Source: Mayamaea pseudoterrestris
Lineage: Eukaryota
Direction of reading: 5' to 3'
Assembly (NCBI GenBank): GCA_027923505.1
Contig: BROI01000008.1
Span: 558,001 to 622,000, forward strand
Length of the DNA: 64,000 nt
Positions within the stretch are counted from its first letter, which is position 1; each line of letters begins with the position of its first letter. Below, in pieces: positions 23,901-34,826 of this stretch. The notes under the pieces were generated by a model. It saw nothing but the letters and a program-made list of their open reading frames with translations. It was not told the origin of the DNA and made no database searches. A program made the position numbers and the translations under genes.

Positions 23901-24046
23901 AAAAACAATTACATCTATCATATGTTATAAGCAGTCGTTAAATCTTGTAGTCGTGGACAGGATTGACTCGACTCGCCTCCACCGTAAATAAACTGAACAA
24001 ATAAACGACATCAAAAAGAGACGGTTGAAACTGTTCAACTTTGATT

Positions 24047-25006
24047 CTACAGAAACGCACTGTTCCCACAGTAACGCGCCATCATTCGTCCAGCCATACG
24101 ATCACCCGCTTTCGATTGCTCGGCAAGTCGCTCGAAGTCCAGGAGCTTCCAAACAAATTCCAGCGGTTGAGTTTGGCTATTGTATCTCAACAACTCCAAA
24201 CGACCGAGACATACGTACGGACCAAACGTTTTTGTGGCGCTCGAATATTCACGACACCACAAAATTACTCGACCCTTGTTCAAAGGATGCTGCAACCGTT
24301 GAACAACGGGCGTCTCACTGTGCATACTGCTCCCCCCGAACCAAATGACTTGCTTGCCGTCATCGTAAAATTCGTTCACCACTTGATTGTTGAGGGCTCC
24401 AAAATTGACCCACAGAAAGAAACAATTTGCCCATTCCTGGACGCCGGAATACTTGTTGAACGAAACTTGCACGACAGTCTGCAGCTGTCGCGGATCTGAG
24501 GCAAGATTGGCAGACGTGTCCATGACTGCAGCCTTACCCGTCATTGCCAAAGGTTGGCCCAACATTCCGTTATCTCCAAACAGCAACTCGTTGATATCCA
24601 AATGTATCTGTCGAGCCGATGATGATGGAAGGAGACTGACGGGATTTGCTGAAGCCGTTGACGTTGAAGCTGAACGTGACCTGGCGATCTTTGATTTGGC
24701 TCCTTTATCAAGACGACGCTTCTCCGTCGATTCAGTAATATATGGCTCACTAGTCTTTCCTCGAGACGCTCTCGTTGATCGTCTGATTGGCTGCAGCGTG
24801 ACGGACATATCCTTTCGCTGCTGGCGTAGTTTCGGTGCTGAATTCGTAGTTTTGTTGGCCGCCGCTGGGGGTGGATCATTCAAAAGGCCAAGTTCTCGCA
24901 GCCGCGCTTGATTTCGGGCAATCTTGGCCGCTCGCAATGCCAAATAGGAGTTTTCTGAGTCGGCTGAAGCTACACTAGCTTCATCATTGTCGTTCTTGGA
25001 AGCCAT
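24047..25006 (-). CDS. Putative nuclear protein with N-terminal YxxLRxxKIxRNxxxLxxLGL helix and C-terminal DUF3427-like (PUA/SRA-superfamily) domain
   Basis: The C-terminus reads FFLWVN...NEFYDDGKQVIWFGGS...VILWCRE...PYVCLGRLELLRY...PLEFVWKL, which parallels the DUF3427 pattern. A basic, disordered linker precedes it. Confidence 0.6.
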   Translation of the reverse strand: MASKNDNDEASVASADSENSYLALRAAKIARNQARLRELGLLNDPPPAAANKTTNSAPKLRQQRKDMSVTLQPIRRSTRASRGKTSEPYITESTEKRRLDKGAKSKIARSRSASTSTASANPVSLLPSSSARQIHLDINELLFGDNGMLGQPLAMTGKAAVMDTSANLASDPRQLQTVVQVSFNKYSGVQEWANCFFLWVNFGALNNQVVNEFYDDGKQVIWFGGSSMHSETPVVQRLQHPLNKGRVILWCREYSSATKTFGPYVCLGRLELLRYNSQTQPLEFVWKLLDFERLAEQSKAGDRMAGRMMARYCGNSAFL

Positions 25007-25271
25007 GACGTGCAGCGAAAGGAACTTCTCTCGTCGCGATGAGTAATGTGACGACGATGCGACGGCGTTAATCAATCCACGACTAGTCGTACCGGTTATG
25101 TTTTGGAGTCTGACCGCGACTAAGTAAAGTCGCGAAGCCGACGGCGGTCGTCGTCCATCACCATGGCGTGCATACTATACCGTAAGCGTGTGAAGGACGC
25201 ACAATCGATGCAATCCTCTTGATGGTCTTTGCAGGAACCAATGATTCTATTCTCTTTTCGAAATTACAATA

Positions 25272-25682
25272 ATGAAAAGAGCAAATTCTAATCTCTCCAG
25301 CGGCAATAACAACGTCTCCAGCAGCAGTAGCAAGCCATGGTTCAGTTCGTATCAATCGGGCGGCTACCAACCACCAGTGCACTACGCTTCGGATCAAACT
25401 CATACGCTCCAAGATACGGCCAAAACGTATTATCAAACGGACGAAACTGCGAACAATGTTCTCCAAAAAATGACGATCCAGCGATCACAGCTGCAATCAG
25501 CGCATGGGAGCGTTCATGAAATGCAACAAGCAACTGCAGCGGCGAGACGACAAATTGAGGAGCTTCAACGGAAGAATAGACAGAAGAAGCAACGACTGTA
25601 CGTCATGATTGCCGCTGTTGGCTTGGCTGATTTGTTGCTGTTTTTCCGGATGATTCAGTGTCGAGGAGGTTTCTTCTGTTAG
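25272..25682 (+). CDS. Small tail-anchored Qb-type (Vti1-like) SNARE
   Basis: Heptad SNARE motif ETANNVLQKMTIQRSQL...ARRQIEELQRK, followed by a C-terminal TM helix. Confidence 0.6.
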   Translation: MKRANSNLSSGNNNVSSSSSKPWFSSYQSGGYQPPVHYASDQTHTLQDTAKTYYQTDETANNVLQKMTIQRSQLQSAHGSVHEMQQATAAARRQIEELQRKNRQKKQRLYVMIAAVGLADLLLFFRMIQCRGGFFC

Positions 25683-25983
25683 CAATTGTGCATGGGCCGG
25701 ACGCCGGACGGCTAGTTTATTCGAGTTTCGTGATAATATGGACTAACCTTGTTTACGTAATGCCTATCTCTACTATGTGATTAGTAGTCGTTCTTTATTA
25801 AGTTGAAGTAATAAGGCCGCAATCGAAATGAATGAGTCTACGCCTGGCAAGCTGCAATTGAAAGTGAAGTAGAATCAATGTGGTTTTCATGTATAATGAA
25901 AAGTTGGTGGTGCCGGTAGATGCCAATGTCAAATAAAAGCCCAAATGCGACAACAAAACTCTGTAGACCCTGTTCCGTGTTGC

Positions 25984-28382
25984 CTACTCGTCTTCGCTCG
26001 GTGGATGGCCCATGACGGGGCTCGGCGCAGTCTTTTTCTGAATAATGGTCAAGACCTTCTTGCTGCGTGACTTGTCAAAATGCTCGCGAACATGGTCCCA
26101 TTCGTTCAATTCGCCTTCATCCAGGTTCTCGAGAAGGAGGGCACGCCAACAATGCTCCTTTTGACGCTCAAACTCGTCCAATGGCTTGTGACGAAGCATG
26201 CATGATGGCAATTTCTTGGAGATAAGTGGCAGCGTGCGATCCAAGTCAAGAGGCAGACCAGCCGCAAGCTTCTGAAAGATGGGAAGGCGTTGACCAGACT
26301 TGTTCACGGTCGACTTGGTCGGGTACATCGTTTGCTCGTCATCGTCGAACGTGGCGGTGACAAACGAAGCCCAAATGTCCTTCGTTGACGTACCCAATCG
26401 ACCTGCAGCATCGCCAAACATGTATTCCCCTTCAACGGGTGGAACAGGAGTCTTTTTGTCGACCTTTTCGCGTCCAGCATTGATTGGCCAAGCCCAAGCA
26501 GCCCATGACTTCGCCATATCGCTGAATCGCAGATGAATGGCCTGCTTTTGCCTTTCGAGTTTGCGAAGCTCCTCAAAACGAAGATTCATGTCACCGATGC
26601 GCTCTGCCTTAAGAACCGCGATCCGGTGCGCGAGTGTGTTTCTGACAAAGTCGAACGCCACCATGTCATGCGGACGGATCATTTCAATGCTATCGAGCAC
26701 GTCAAACTTGGACGTCGGTTTCGCCTTGTCATTTTCGCCTTTCATGCCTCGCTTCCAACGAAAACGCTTGGCTTGCTGAGACGTACACATGGCGACATCG
26801 CTTGCCTTTATGTTGAAAAAGAGCGAGACGCCCCGGACAGTCGCTTCACCATCGGGCCCAAAGGCAATCTCTGTCACTCGCACCTGGTTAATCGAGGCCG
26901 GATTAAAGCTTTCGAGCGGAATCTCGACGACATTTAGTTCGTCTGTCAGGGCGAACGCTCGATCTTGGAGCACCATGCAGAGTTCGTCGTGGATCGCATG
27001 CTGCGGACGGTACTTGTAGTAGGAGCGATCCGATGATCCCATCATCCAGAGCGCAATCTAGAATCAAGTACGATGCAATGTGTGAGCAAGCGTCGATAGA
27101 TGAGCGTTAAAACCGCATAATGTTTCGGCAAACATACCTGGAGCTTGAACACTGGATTTATTACTTGCTGCTTGACGTGTCGACCACCTTTGGGAAGCAC
27201 TTTGGTGAATTTGATATTGCAAATAGTCTTATAGAGATCAGCGAACGAGTCGTTCTTTAGATCGAACTTGTGTCCGAAAGGTGTGTCAAAGTTAATTTCA
27301 TTGCTGCGTTTCTGATGAAGGGCGTCGACGTTAATGTCCGTCGCTGTGCTATTTCCCTGCGTTTCCGTATGCGGCAACCATGACGGACTCGTCCCTTCCA
27401 CGCGAGGATCGTGAATGCATGTACAGCGTATACCAAATGGACTGCGGACGTATAAAGAACATGGACAGTGAGATGTCTTAAAAGCTCTCGCATGTCATAA
27501 TCGCGCGATATCCCGCTTTTTCAAACCAACTTACCACGATCCCGTCATCACCCACGCAAAGCAGGGCTTGATGCGGTACGTTTCAGCGTCGACGAGACCG
27601 GCTGAGTCAAGATCAAGGAGTTTAGTCATCTGCAGCTCCTCCTCTCCGTGCGCGTAAACGCAATTGGCACCCCACGGGCACGGCGTTCCACCAACGTAAT
27701 GCATACACATTTCCGTCTTGATGCGCGTCTTACGAGCGGCTTCATCATCGACAGATACAGCGAAGGGTGACTTGCGTCCATTAGTTGTAGGTGTCTTGGG
27801 TCGAGGAGAAGGTGTGCGGTATGAAGTTGGCGTCGGTGGGCGTGACGAACGCGAGGGAATGTAGGCAAACTCGCGAGCGCATGGGTTCGGTCGAAAGAGG
27901 GGCGGAGGCGTCATTGACACCGTTGATGGGCTCATGCTTGACCCGAACGTCGTCCCAAGCGTTTCTACCGTCGTGTCGGTCGCGACACTCATCATGGACG
28001 GTGAAGGGTCTGGCTTGCGAAAGTCATAGGGCGACGGACAAGGACTGACAAAGCGCTGCTGACGACCTTCCTCGATTGGAACGAATCCATACGGAGAGCT
28101 GGTTCGAGCAACCATGGGAGACGTAAACTGGTTGTTTCTTCCGTGCCGCGCGTTTGGACCACGGGTTACAAGGTATGGACTGAAGTAGTCGATGAAACCT
28201 CCTTGTTCGAACTGTGAGTCGTTTTGAATCTGGCCCGTGAGAGTTACATACTCGACATTTCCCGGATATTGTCCGACAGACTCTGCAACCTTGTCTTTAT
28301 CAACGGTAGATGGGCTCGTCATGGCTGGTTGACGGGGCAGAGAGGGTCGTTTAGCCTGCGGTGTTGCTTTCGAAGATTTCAT
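25984..28382 (-). CDS. Tandem CCCH zinc-finger (TTP/TIS11-like) RNA-binding protein
   Basis: Exons 28382-27535, 27441-27138 and 27057-25984. Fingers are [25 protein letters not shown] and [25 protein letters not shown], the second completed by splicing. Confidence 0.85.
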
Positions 28383-28988
28383 CGCAGCGGAGGTGCGCGA
28401 GAGTCCGTTTCGCAGAATTGTGTCGACGGCAGCTTTTGAGTCACTTTCGAGTCGGGAAAAAAGAAGAATGCTTCGAAGGAAAGTACGAATGTGTCATGCA
28501 TGTACATCGTGCATGTACATCGTGCATCATAGTCAATAAGCAAACAAGCGACGCGTCACTTTTATGACGGTTTTCGTCATGCCGAATGCGAACTTGCGGT
28601 GCGTTCTCTTCTCAACCGTGACTGACCAGGAATGACTTGTCGTTTCTGCATAGCTGACTATTGCAATTACTGTATGCGCATGGATTTTAAAGATAGAAGA
28701 AGCATTTCGAATGGATAGCAGGCCCTTCTTTGTGGTCCGAACTCCGAAGGTGCAGATGACTGATGACAGTTCCAAAACTCCGCGCACGAAATGGATTGAT
28801 GCTGACATCGCTCCGGTTTTAAATTGACGTCATCGAGCATTTTGCGCATGCACTGTGCATGGATGATGATGGCATTCATCGGCACAACTACAAGCTACTG
28901 TCTCATCTGCCTTCACCCATGCTACTCCAGTAGCCAAGCAGCGTCCTTGTTAATAGAGTGCACAACTATGCGCATACAGCTATTCGAA

Positions 28989-30095
28989 ATGAAACTCGGA
29001 ATGAAGTTGCTCTTTTGTCTTGTCGTTCCTTCAATGGCGCTCACCACAATCGCATCAACCAAAAGCCAGCTCGCTCAATTGGCATCCATGACAACATTGT
29101 CTATTGATAGTGGGGACTTGAACGTCATACGAGATTTTGCCGATTCTGGGTACATTACAGACGCTACGACGAATCCTCTGTTCGTATCTCAAGCTGGTCT
29201 GAGTGGTGATCCGATGTATGGCAACATGGTAGACGATGCCGTAAATTATGCCGTAAGCTACAGACAACCTGATGTTGATTCCACTATTGCACTGGCCATT
29301 GATCGACTGGCAGTCAACCTTGGCAAAGCAATATCCGAGTTAGTTCCTGGTTACATTTCGACCGAGGTGGATCCACGGCTGAGCTTTGACGTTGAAGCCA
29401 CAGTAGAAAGAGGAAGACGCGTTATTTCCATGTATGAACAAGTTGGTGTAGACAAGTCGCGAATTCTCATCAAAGTTGCCGCAACATGGGAGGGAATTCA
29501 AGCTGCTGAAATTCTGGAAAAGGAGGGCATACGATGCAACTTGACTCTGGTTTTTTCAGTGGTACAAGCCGTTGCATGTGCGCAACATGGCGCGCATCTC
29601 ATCTCGCCCTTTCCGGGCAGAATCTTGGACTGGAATAATGCGCAACTGCGCCGACTAGGGGGCGTTGCATCCCCGAACGAAGACGAAGGAGTCATTGCAT
29701 GTCGCGAAATGTATAATTACTTTAAATGCCATAGTCACGATACCATTTGCATGCCAGCTAGCTGGCGCCCGTCGCGCGGAACTGGGCACGAGCTGGACGA
29801 AATTCAAGCATTAGCGGGGACAGATCGCATGACAATTCCAGCACCACTTCTCAACAAGCTTGCCAAATGTCAGGATCCGCTCGAACGACAACTTGTTCCT
29901 TCCTCGGCAGGCGACATTCCATGGATGGGCAAGGGCGGCAAGCGAATGGAGGAAAAGGAATTTAGATATCGATTAAACCTTGATGGATGTGGAACCGACA
30001 AGCTTGGCGAAGGTCTTCGTGCGTTCATCGTCGAAACGGAGAAACTAGAACAGGTACTGAAAGTGAAGCTAGGAACTGGGTCAGCAGCTATCTAA
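28989..30095 (+). CDS. TAL: Transaldolase, probably plastid-targeted
   Basis: IDSGD, DATTNP, STEVDPRLSFD, ILIKVAATWEG (Schiff-base Lys), CNLTLVFS and ISPFPGRI. N-terminal signal peptide (start at 28989 or 29001). Confidence 0.93.
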   Translation: MKLGMKLLFCLVVPSMALTTIASTKSQLAQLASMTTLSIDSGDLNVIRDFADSGYITDATTNPLFVSQAGLSGDPMYGNMVDDAVNYAVSYRQPDVDSTIALAIDRLAVNLGKAISELVPGYISTEVDPRLSFDVEATVERGRRVISMYEQVGVDKSRILIKVAATWEGIQAAEILEKEGIRCNLTLVFSVVQAVACAQHGAHLISPFPGRILDWNNAQLRRLGGVASPNEDEGVIACREMYNYFKCHSHDTICMPASWRPSRGTGHELDEIQALAGTDRMTIPAPLLNKLAKCQDPLERQLVPSSAGDIPWMGKGGKRMEEKEFRYRLNLDGCGTDKLGEGLRAFIVETEKLEQVLKVKLGTGSAAI

Positions 30096-30167
30096 GTAGA
30101 TAAATGTAATTCAACAGCTATTGCTCCTTGTAAAGTCTAAATACTAAGGAGAGTCATCACTGTAAGT

Positions 30168-31220
30168 CTATGAACTTCCCTGAACCACAAAGCACGGCGG
30201 CAAAACGCCCTTTCCTTGCTTGCGCATAACTGTTCTTCCAGGAGCAAGCAGCCGATTCATTTTGTTCGAGCGCACCCACCCCTCCGTCTCAATGTTCTTA
30301 CGACCAGCCTTTTTCGCCTGCTGACGTTTCTTGTCAGATATTTTGTCCTTTCCATCAATTAATTGACTGCGGGAGTACAGTAAAGCTTGCTGAGAGAGGG
30401 ACGGCTGTGCCTGTGCTTTCGCATCTTCCTCTATCATCGGATTAAACACGACAATTTCGATGCTTTCATTGACTCTTATTGCTGCATCAGCAACTTCGTC
30501 CCCTTCGACGACAAACGTAGTATGCTTGCCCTTGAGTTTTGTGTCAGCCTCAATAGCAGCAGTGCGTTTCTTTTTACGCTCATGGGCCAGCTCAGCGTCA
30601 AGCTCTTCAAAGAAAGCACTCGGCAAAGCATCATCGCCACTATCATCGTCATCCCTGCTTGCATCTTGCAGTTTAGACTTTCGCTTGCGTCTTTTGTTAG
30701 TGTTTGCTGCCGCCGACTTGCGTTCAATTAGCGTTTGTGCTTGAACGAGTTCCCTAGCTGCCGTTTGCTTGACTTCTTCGACAGCGTCATCATCATCATC
30801 ATCATCATCGTCGTCGTCGTCGTCATTATCATCATCATCAACAACAGAAGCCTTGGATACTTTGGTATCTCTGTCGTGGTCTCCGGCTTGTGCAAGCTCG
30901 GACGGTAACTGGCCCTTCACTACCTCATCGGTGTCGGCATCTGTACCAGTTTCGGTGTTGAACACAGTCTTCCGGTTCGACAACTTGTCGCTACCAGTAG
31001 GATCCTTGTCAACGGAAATAGATAGTCCAAGTCCAGTTGATTTAAGTCGCAATGCATGGTCGCGTTCCTTCTGACGACTCCGTTTCGCGGCTGATACAGA
31101 CGGTGATGATTTGTTCTTTAATTGCTTTTGGTCGGAGGTTGGCGTAGAATCATCTACCGATGCCTTCTCCTTTTGTAAGCTGGTAATGCCAGTTGTTTGA
31201 GACCTACGAGTTGCTACCAT
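30168..31220 (-). CDS. Highly charged hypothetical nuclear/nucleolar protein
   Basis: Starts MVATRRS and contains a poly-Asp tract followed by AVEEV plus NLS-like KRRKRK. It loosely resembles U3 snoRNP-associated NOL7/Bud21-type proteins, but that assignment is weak. Confidence 0.6.
   Translation of the reverse strand: MVATRRSQTTGITSLQKEKASVDDSTPTSDQKQLKNKSSPSVSAAKRSRQKERDHALRLKSTGLGLSISVDKDPTGSDKLSNRKTVFNTETGTDADTDEVVKGQLPSELAQAGDHDRDTKVSKASVVDDDDNDDDDDDDDDDDDDAVEEVKQTAARELVQAQTLIERKSAAANTNKRRKRKSKLQDASRDDDDSGDDALPSAFFEELDAELAHERKKKRTAAIEADTKLKGKHTTFVVEGDEVADAAIRVNESIEIVVFNPMIEEDAKAQAQPSLSQQALLYSRSQLIDGKDKISDKKRQQAKKAGRKNIETEGWVRSNKMNRLLAPGRTVMRKQGKGVLPPCFVVQGSS
30786..30839. repeat. (TCA/TCG)n trinucleotide tract encoding poly-Asp
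   Basis: Imperfect triplet repeat, directly visible inside the CDS. Confidence 0.9.
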
Positions 31221-31453
31221 CTTGTCCCCGATTGTTGTGATCTGGTGCTGTTTGCGTCGAAAGCGGCTCAATACCACTTGGCTAATGACGTGATGGTTGG
31301 TCGTCGAAGAAAGAAGCAAATGTCGCTACGGTACTCGTTGCGAACGCCGCGCGTCAAACGCACAAGGCACAAGGCGACTGCGAGCGTTGACAAAATATCA
31401 CCATGAGAGCAACGCGTATTTTGTGACGATATATATTGCTTGAAAGTGACAGC

Positions 31454-32474
31454 ATGCCTCCTCTTCGCTTAGATCCCTACCACGGTCTGTTTGTGCATCT
31501 TTTGCTGTTGGGAATACCCTACAGATTTGGACTGCTGCCGACTGGCCATGGGCGGTCTTGGTTAATTCCAGAATCAATGCTTGATGCACCATGCACCATG
31601 TTCAACGAAAAGGACAACTGCTCCGCTCTCGAAATTTTTTGTATTCGAGACTTTGGCATGCGATTCATATTGCATTATGAATTGGCATGGATCGTTTGGT
31701 TTACCATGCGAAGGTCGCCGTCGACTACTGTCGCCTTTCACAAGATTTTACTGGGAACAACAACCGTGTGCCTGTTAGCAATTGTGGGTCTGCAAAATCA
31801 TTTCCATCCTGCACCTGCATCTTTTCAGTTCAATCAAAGGTTTTTCCAAGAGTCTTTGATCTTTCATCTACTCGCGATTGCCGTCAGTGTTTGGGCGATT
31901 CTCACGTCGCCAGCTCCAGCACTTCCGTCTATGAAATGGTCCATTCCTGGAAACGCTGTATTTATTGGAGGGGTAAGTACATATCGCACTTTGATGCTCG
32001 CCAGGCCTCTGACGCGAACGATAAGTTTACTCACAAACATGCCGCCGTTCCTCTCTTTCTTCACAGTTGATCAATGCTGGAATAGCAGTAGCTGCATTTC
32101 AAGCTCTTTGGTTCCAAAAGGACGGGATTGAGCACTACTATCGATCGCAACAATGGTTTAGAGGACTTTCCTCGTTGGTGCGCATCTGCTTCTCATTGGC
32201 TGCGGTTCACACGGTGATTCATTCGGTCATTATGTTTCGTATACGCACCTTTCTCAACATGCCGCAGTTACGAACCATTTGTCTCTACAAGCTCCTTCTT
32301 AACCTTGTATTGCCATTTATCTGGTTTCCCGAGCTGTCGCCGCATACCGTCGTTGATCAGCGGACTAGCTTTGCTCTGCGAGGAAGTCTGATCATGACGT
32401 ATCTACTCGGTTACGTTTTGGCAGGAAAAGCCGAAGGGATTAGCCGAATCCTTTCGTCCGAAAAAGACGATTAG
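31454..32474 (+). CDS. Hypothetical multi-pass membrane protein
   Basis: Exons 31454-31972 and 32067-32474 (GTAAGT..CAG intron, phase 0). Several hydrophobic helices; no recognised family. Confidence 0.6.
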
Positions 32475-32751
32475 ATAAAAGTTTCTTTCGTCTGATAGAA
32501 GGCTGCGTATTTTACTTTCTTTGTAGACATAAATCATCGGTGTTACATTCAAGTACGGTAGGTACTACCGGCATGCGGTAGCCAGAACAAGATCCAAGCA
32601 AGAGATTCGACGTCGTCATGATTCGTGACAAATCAGTCCCACAAACTTACCGCATTACTTGAAGCTGCCGAGCCGCATGTTCGTCACGAAATCATCGCGG
32701 TAAATTGCATGTTGTGGACTTGACCATTAGCACTTGCTTAACAAAACAATC

Positions 32752-33459
32752 ATGAGCGTGCAGAAGATTAGAAAGAGTGGAGGTGTAAGTGGGATATAGT
32801 TTTACTCTTGTCGACAAGATTTGCCTTTCCTGTCAATCTGTTTCGCTTAACCATTTTGGCTGCGAGTTGTTGTCGCATTCTGCATGGCTCACCTCGACTT
32901 TCTACTACTTGTTACAACATAGGCCGAGCCGGATGAATTCGAAGCTTCTGTGGCTCAGGAGCTTCTCAGTTTGGAGGTAGGATCCACTGACTTGAAGGCT
33001 TCACTCCGAGACTTGTACATAACTGCCGCTAAGGAAGTTGACTGCGGCAATGGTCGCAAAGCGATTTTGATTTACGTTCCATACAAGCTTCGCAAGGCAT
33101 TTAACAAGATCCAACTGCGACTTGTCCGAGAGCTCGAGAAGAAGTTTTCTGGCCGTCATGTGCTCATTATCGCACAGCGCACAATTCTCGGCAGCTCGTT
33201 CCGACGTAGCCAAAAGACCAAGGGCCCGCTGCCTCGGTCCCGTACCTTGACTGCCGTCCAGGACGCCATTCTGGAGGACATTGTGTACCCCACTGAAATT
33301 GTAGGCAAGCGCACGCGGGTAAAGGTCGACGGAAAGCGAATCTTGAAGATCTTTCTCGACGCAAAGGACCAGGCCAATGTTGAACCCAGATGCGAAACGT
33401 TTTCGGCTGTCTACGGCAAGCTCACCAACAAGATTGTTACGTTTCACTTTAACGCTTAA
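32752..33459 (+). CDS. RPS7: 40S ribosomal protein S7 (eS7)
   Basis: Exons 32752-32784 and 32923-33459. Motifs [31 protein letters not shown] and [11 protein letters not shown]. Confidence 0.97.
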
Positions 33460-33659
33460 ATACTAATACAATTGAATGAAGCGTATGGTGCTGTTTTACC
33501 GGTAGTTTAATCTCTTTTTAACACCTGGTAGTTGTTAACGTATTTGTCACCTCGCAGGCTACTTAAGTGTAGGAATGCAATGTATAGAGCCGTAATGATT
33601 CTTGTATATATCGATTAAACATTGTCATTGCGCTATGTATACTTGCTTCATCAAAGACT

Positions 33660-34501
33660 CTAGTTCTTCTTCATCTTTGAAATGAGCGGAGCTAGGATGA
33701 CAATGAGAATGACAACGATAATTCCTCCGAGCAACAAAGTCATCTTCATGTTCTTCCAGGCCATTTGCTTTCTCAAGTCTCCCGACTTTTTCTTGAACAC
33801 TGATGCTTGCTCATTCAGTTGGTCAGACTTTTCTGCCAAGGCATCCGCTTGTTCCGTGTTTTTGAGCATGTTGGCAATGTTCGACTGCATGGAAGCCTTG
33901 ACTCCATCGACCTTTCCGAGGAGCGATGCCGCCTTGTCCACCTTGCTCAAGTCATCATACTTGGCGCAGCAATCCGTAAGAACCTTCTTCCCCTTTTTTG
34001 AAAGAGCTCCTTCCGAAGCCGTCTTGGAGTCCTTGCCAAAACTCTCCATAAATTGCGTGTAGAGGTCTTGGAGCATTTGAATGGCGACGCGAGACGGATA
34101 TCCAAGACCAGTAATGACTCCCATGCCTGCAAGAATAAAAAGAGAGCGCATCATTAAGGATGTTCCTAAAAGCACAAGTACACTAGCAAACCTGACGCAA
34201 GTTGCAACGTACAAATGCCTTCCGAATCAGCTCCATAAACGACCTGGTGTTGATCCGACTGAACAACCTTGAAACCACCAATGGTGCCTGCTTCAGACAG
34301 ACCCGAAGGCGGATCATTGGCAATTACTTTGGCAACCGCTTCGGCGTAACTCTTGTCCTTGCCTCCATACAAGGACGTTTCGTCCGTCGCAGCACCGCCA
34401 TGCGATTCGTACTGGCTCGCATGATCGTATTTGGCAAGGTTCACAGTCTTGCCCGCTTCCATTCGGTACACGAGAGCACATCGGAGCTTTTGGTCAGCCA
34501 T
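33660..34501 (-). CDS. Longin-type R-SNARE (VAMP7-like synaptobrevin)
   Basis: Exons 34501-34213 and 34126-33660. Longin region (YPSRVAIQML), synaptobrevin coil KVDGVKASMQSNI...ASVFKKKS...WKNMK, and a C-terminal TM. Confidence 0.85.
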
Positions 34502-34826
34502 AATTGTAATATGTGTGGTAAAGAAGATGCGTTATAGTAATGGTGAGATCGACAGTGGTGGAAGATACACCGGCGGTTGAGGCAGTCATCCAATTTGGAG
34601 GAGAGGAAACGGATCGATGACCACGCGTGCGCGCCGCGCGTTGGGATCAAATTCTAATGTCGTATTGCGAATGAAAAGTACCAGATGAGCTATGTCATGC
34701 AATAATAAATAGTCTTCTAGCACCAGCGAGGCGACAATTGCGATAAGACTTGGAGCAGACCAATGAACATGAAATGACATTATACATTTATATACGAAAT
34801 GATTAACAGAGCTGTTCACCGTGCGT

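Noticed and set aside
28497..28527. 13-bp tandem repeat TGCATGTACATCG x2.4 upstream of the CCCH gene
   Set aside because: Too short to distinguish from a slippage duplication, and not a CRISPR-like array.
32785..32922. Intronic snoRNA in RPS7
   Set aside because: Small hairpins exist, but I found no convincing C/D boxes or H/ACA two-hairpin layout.
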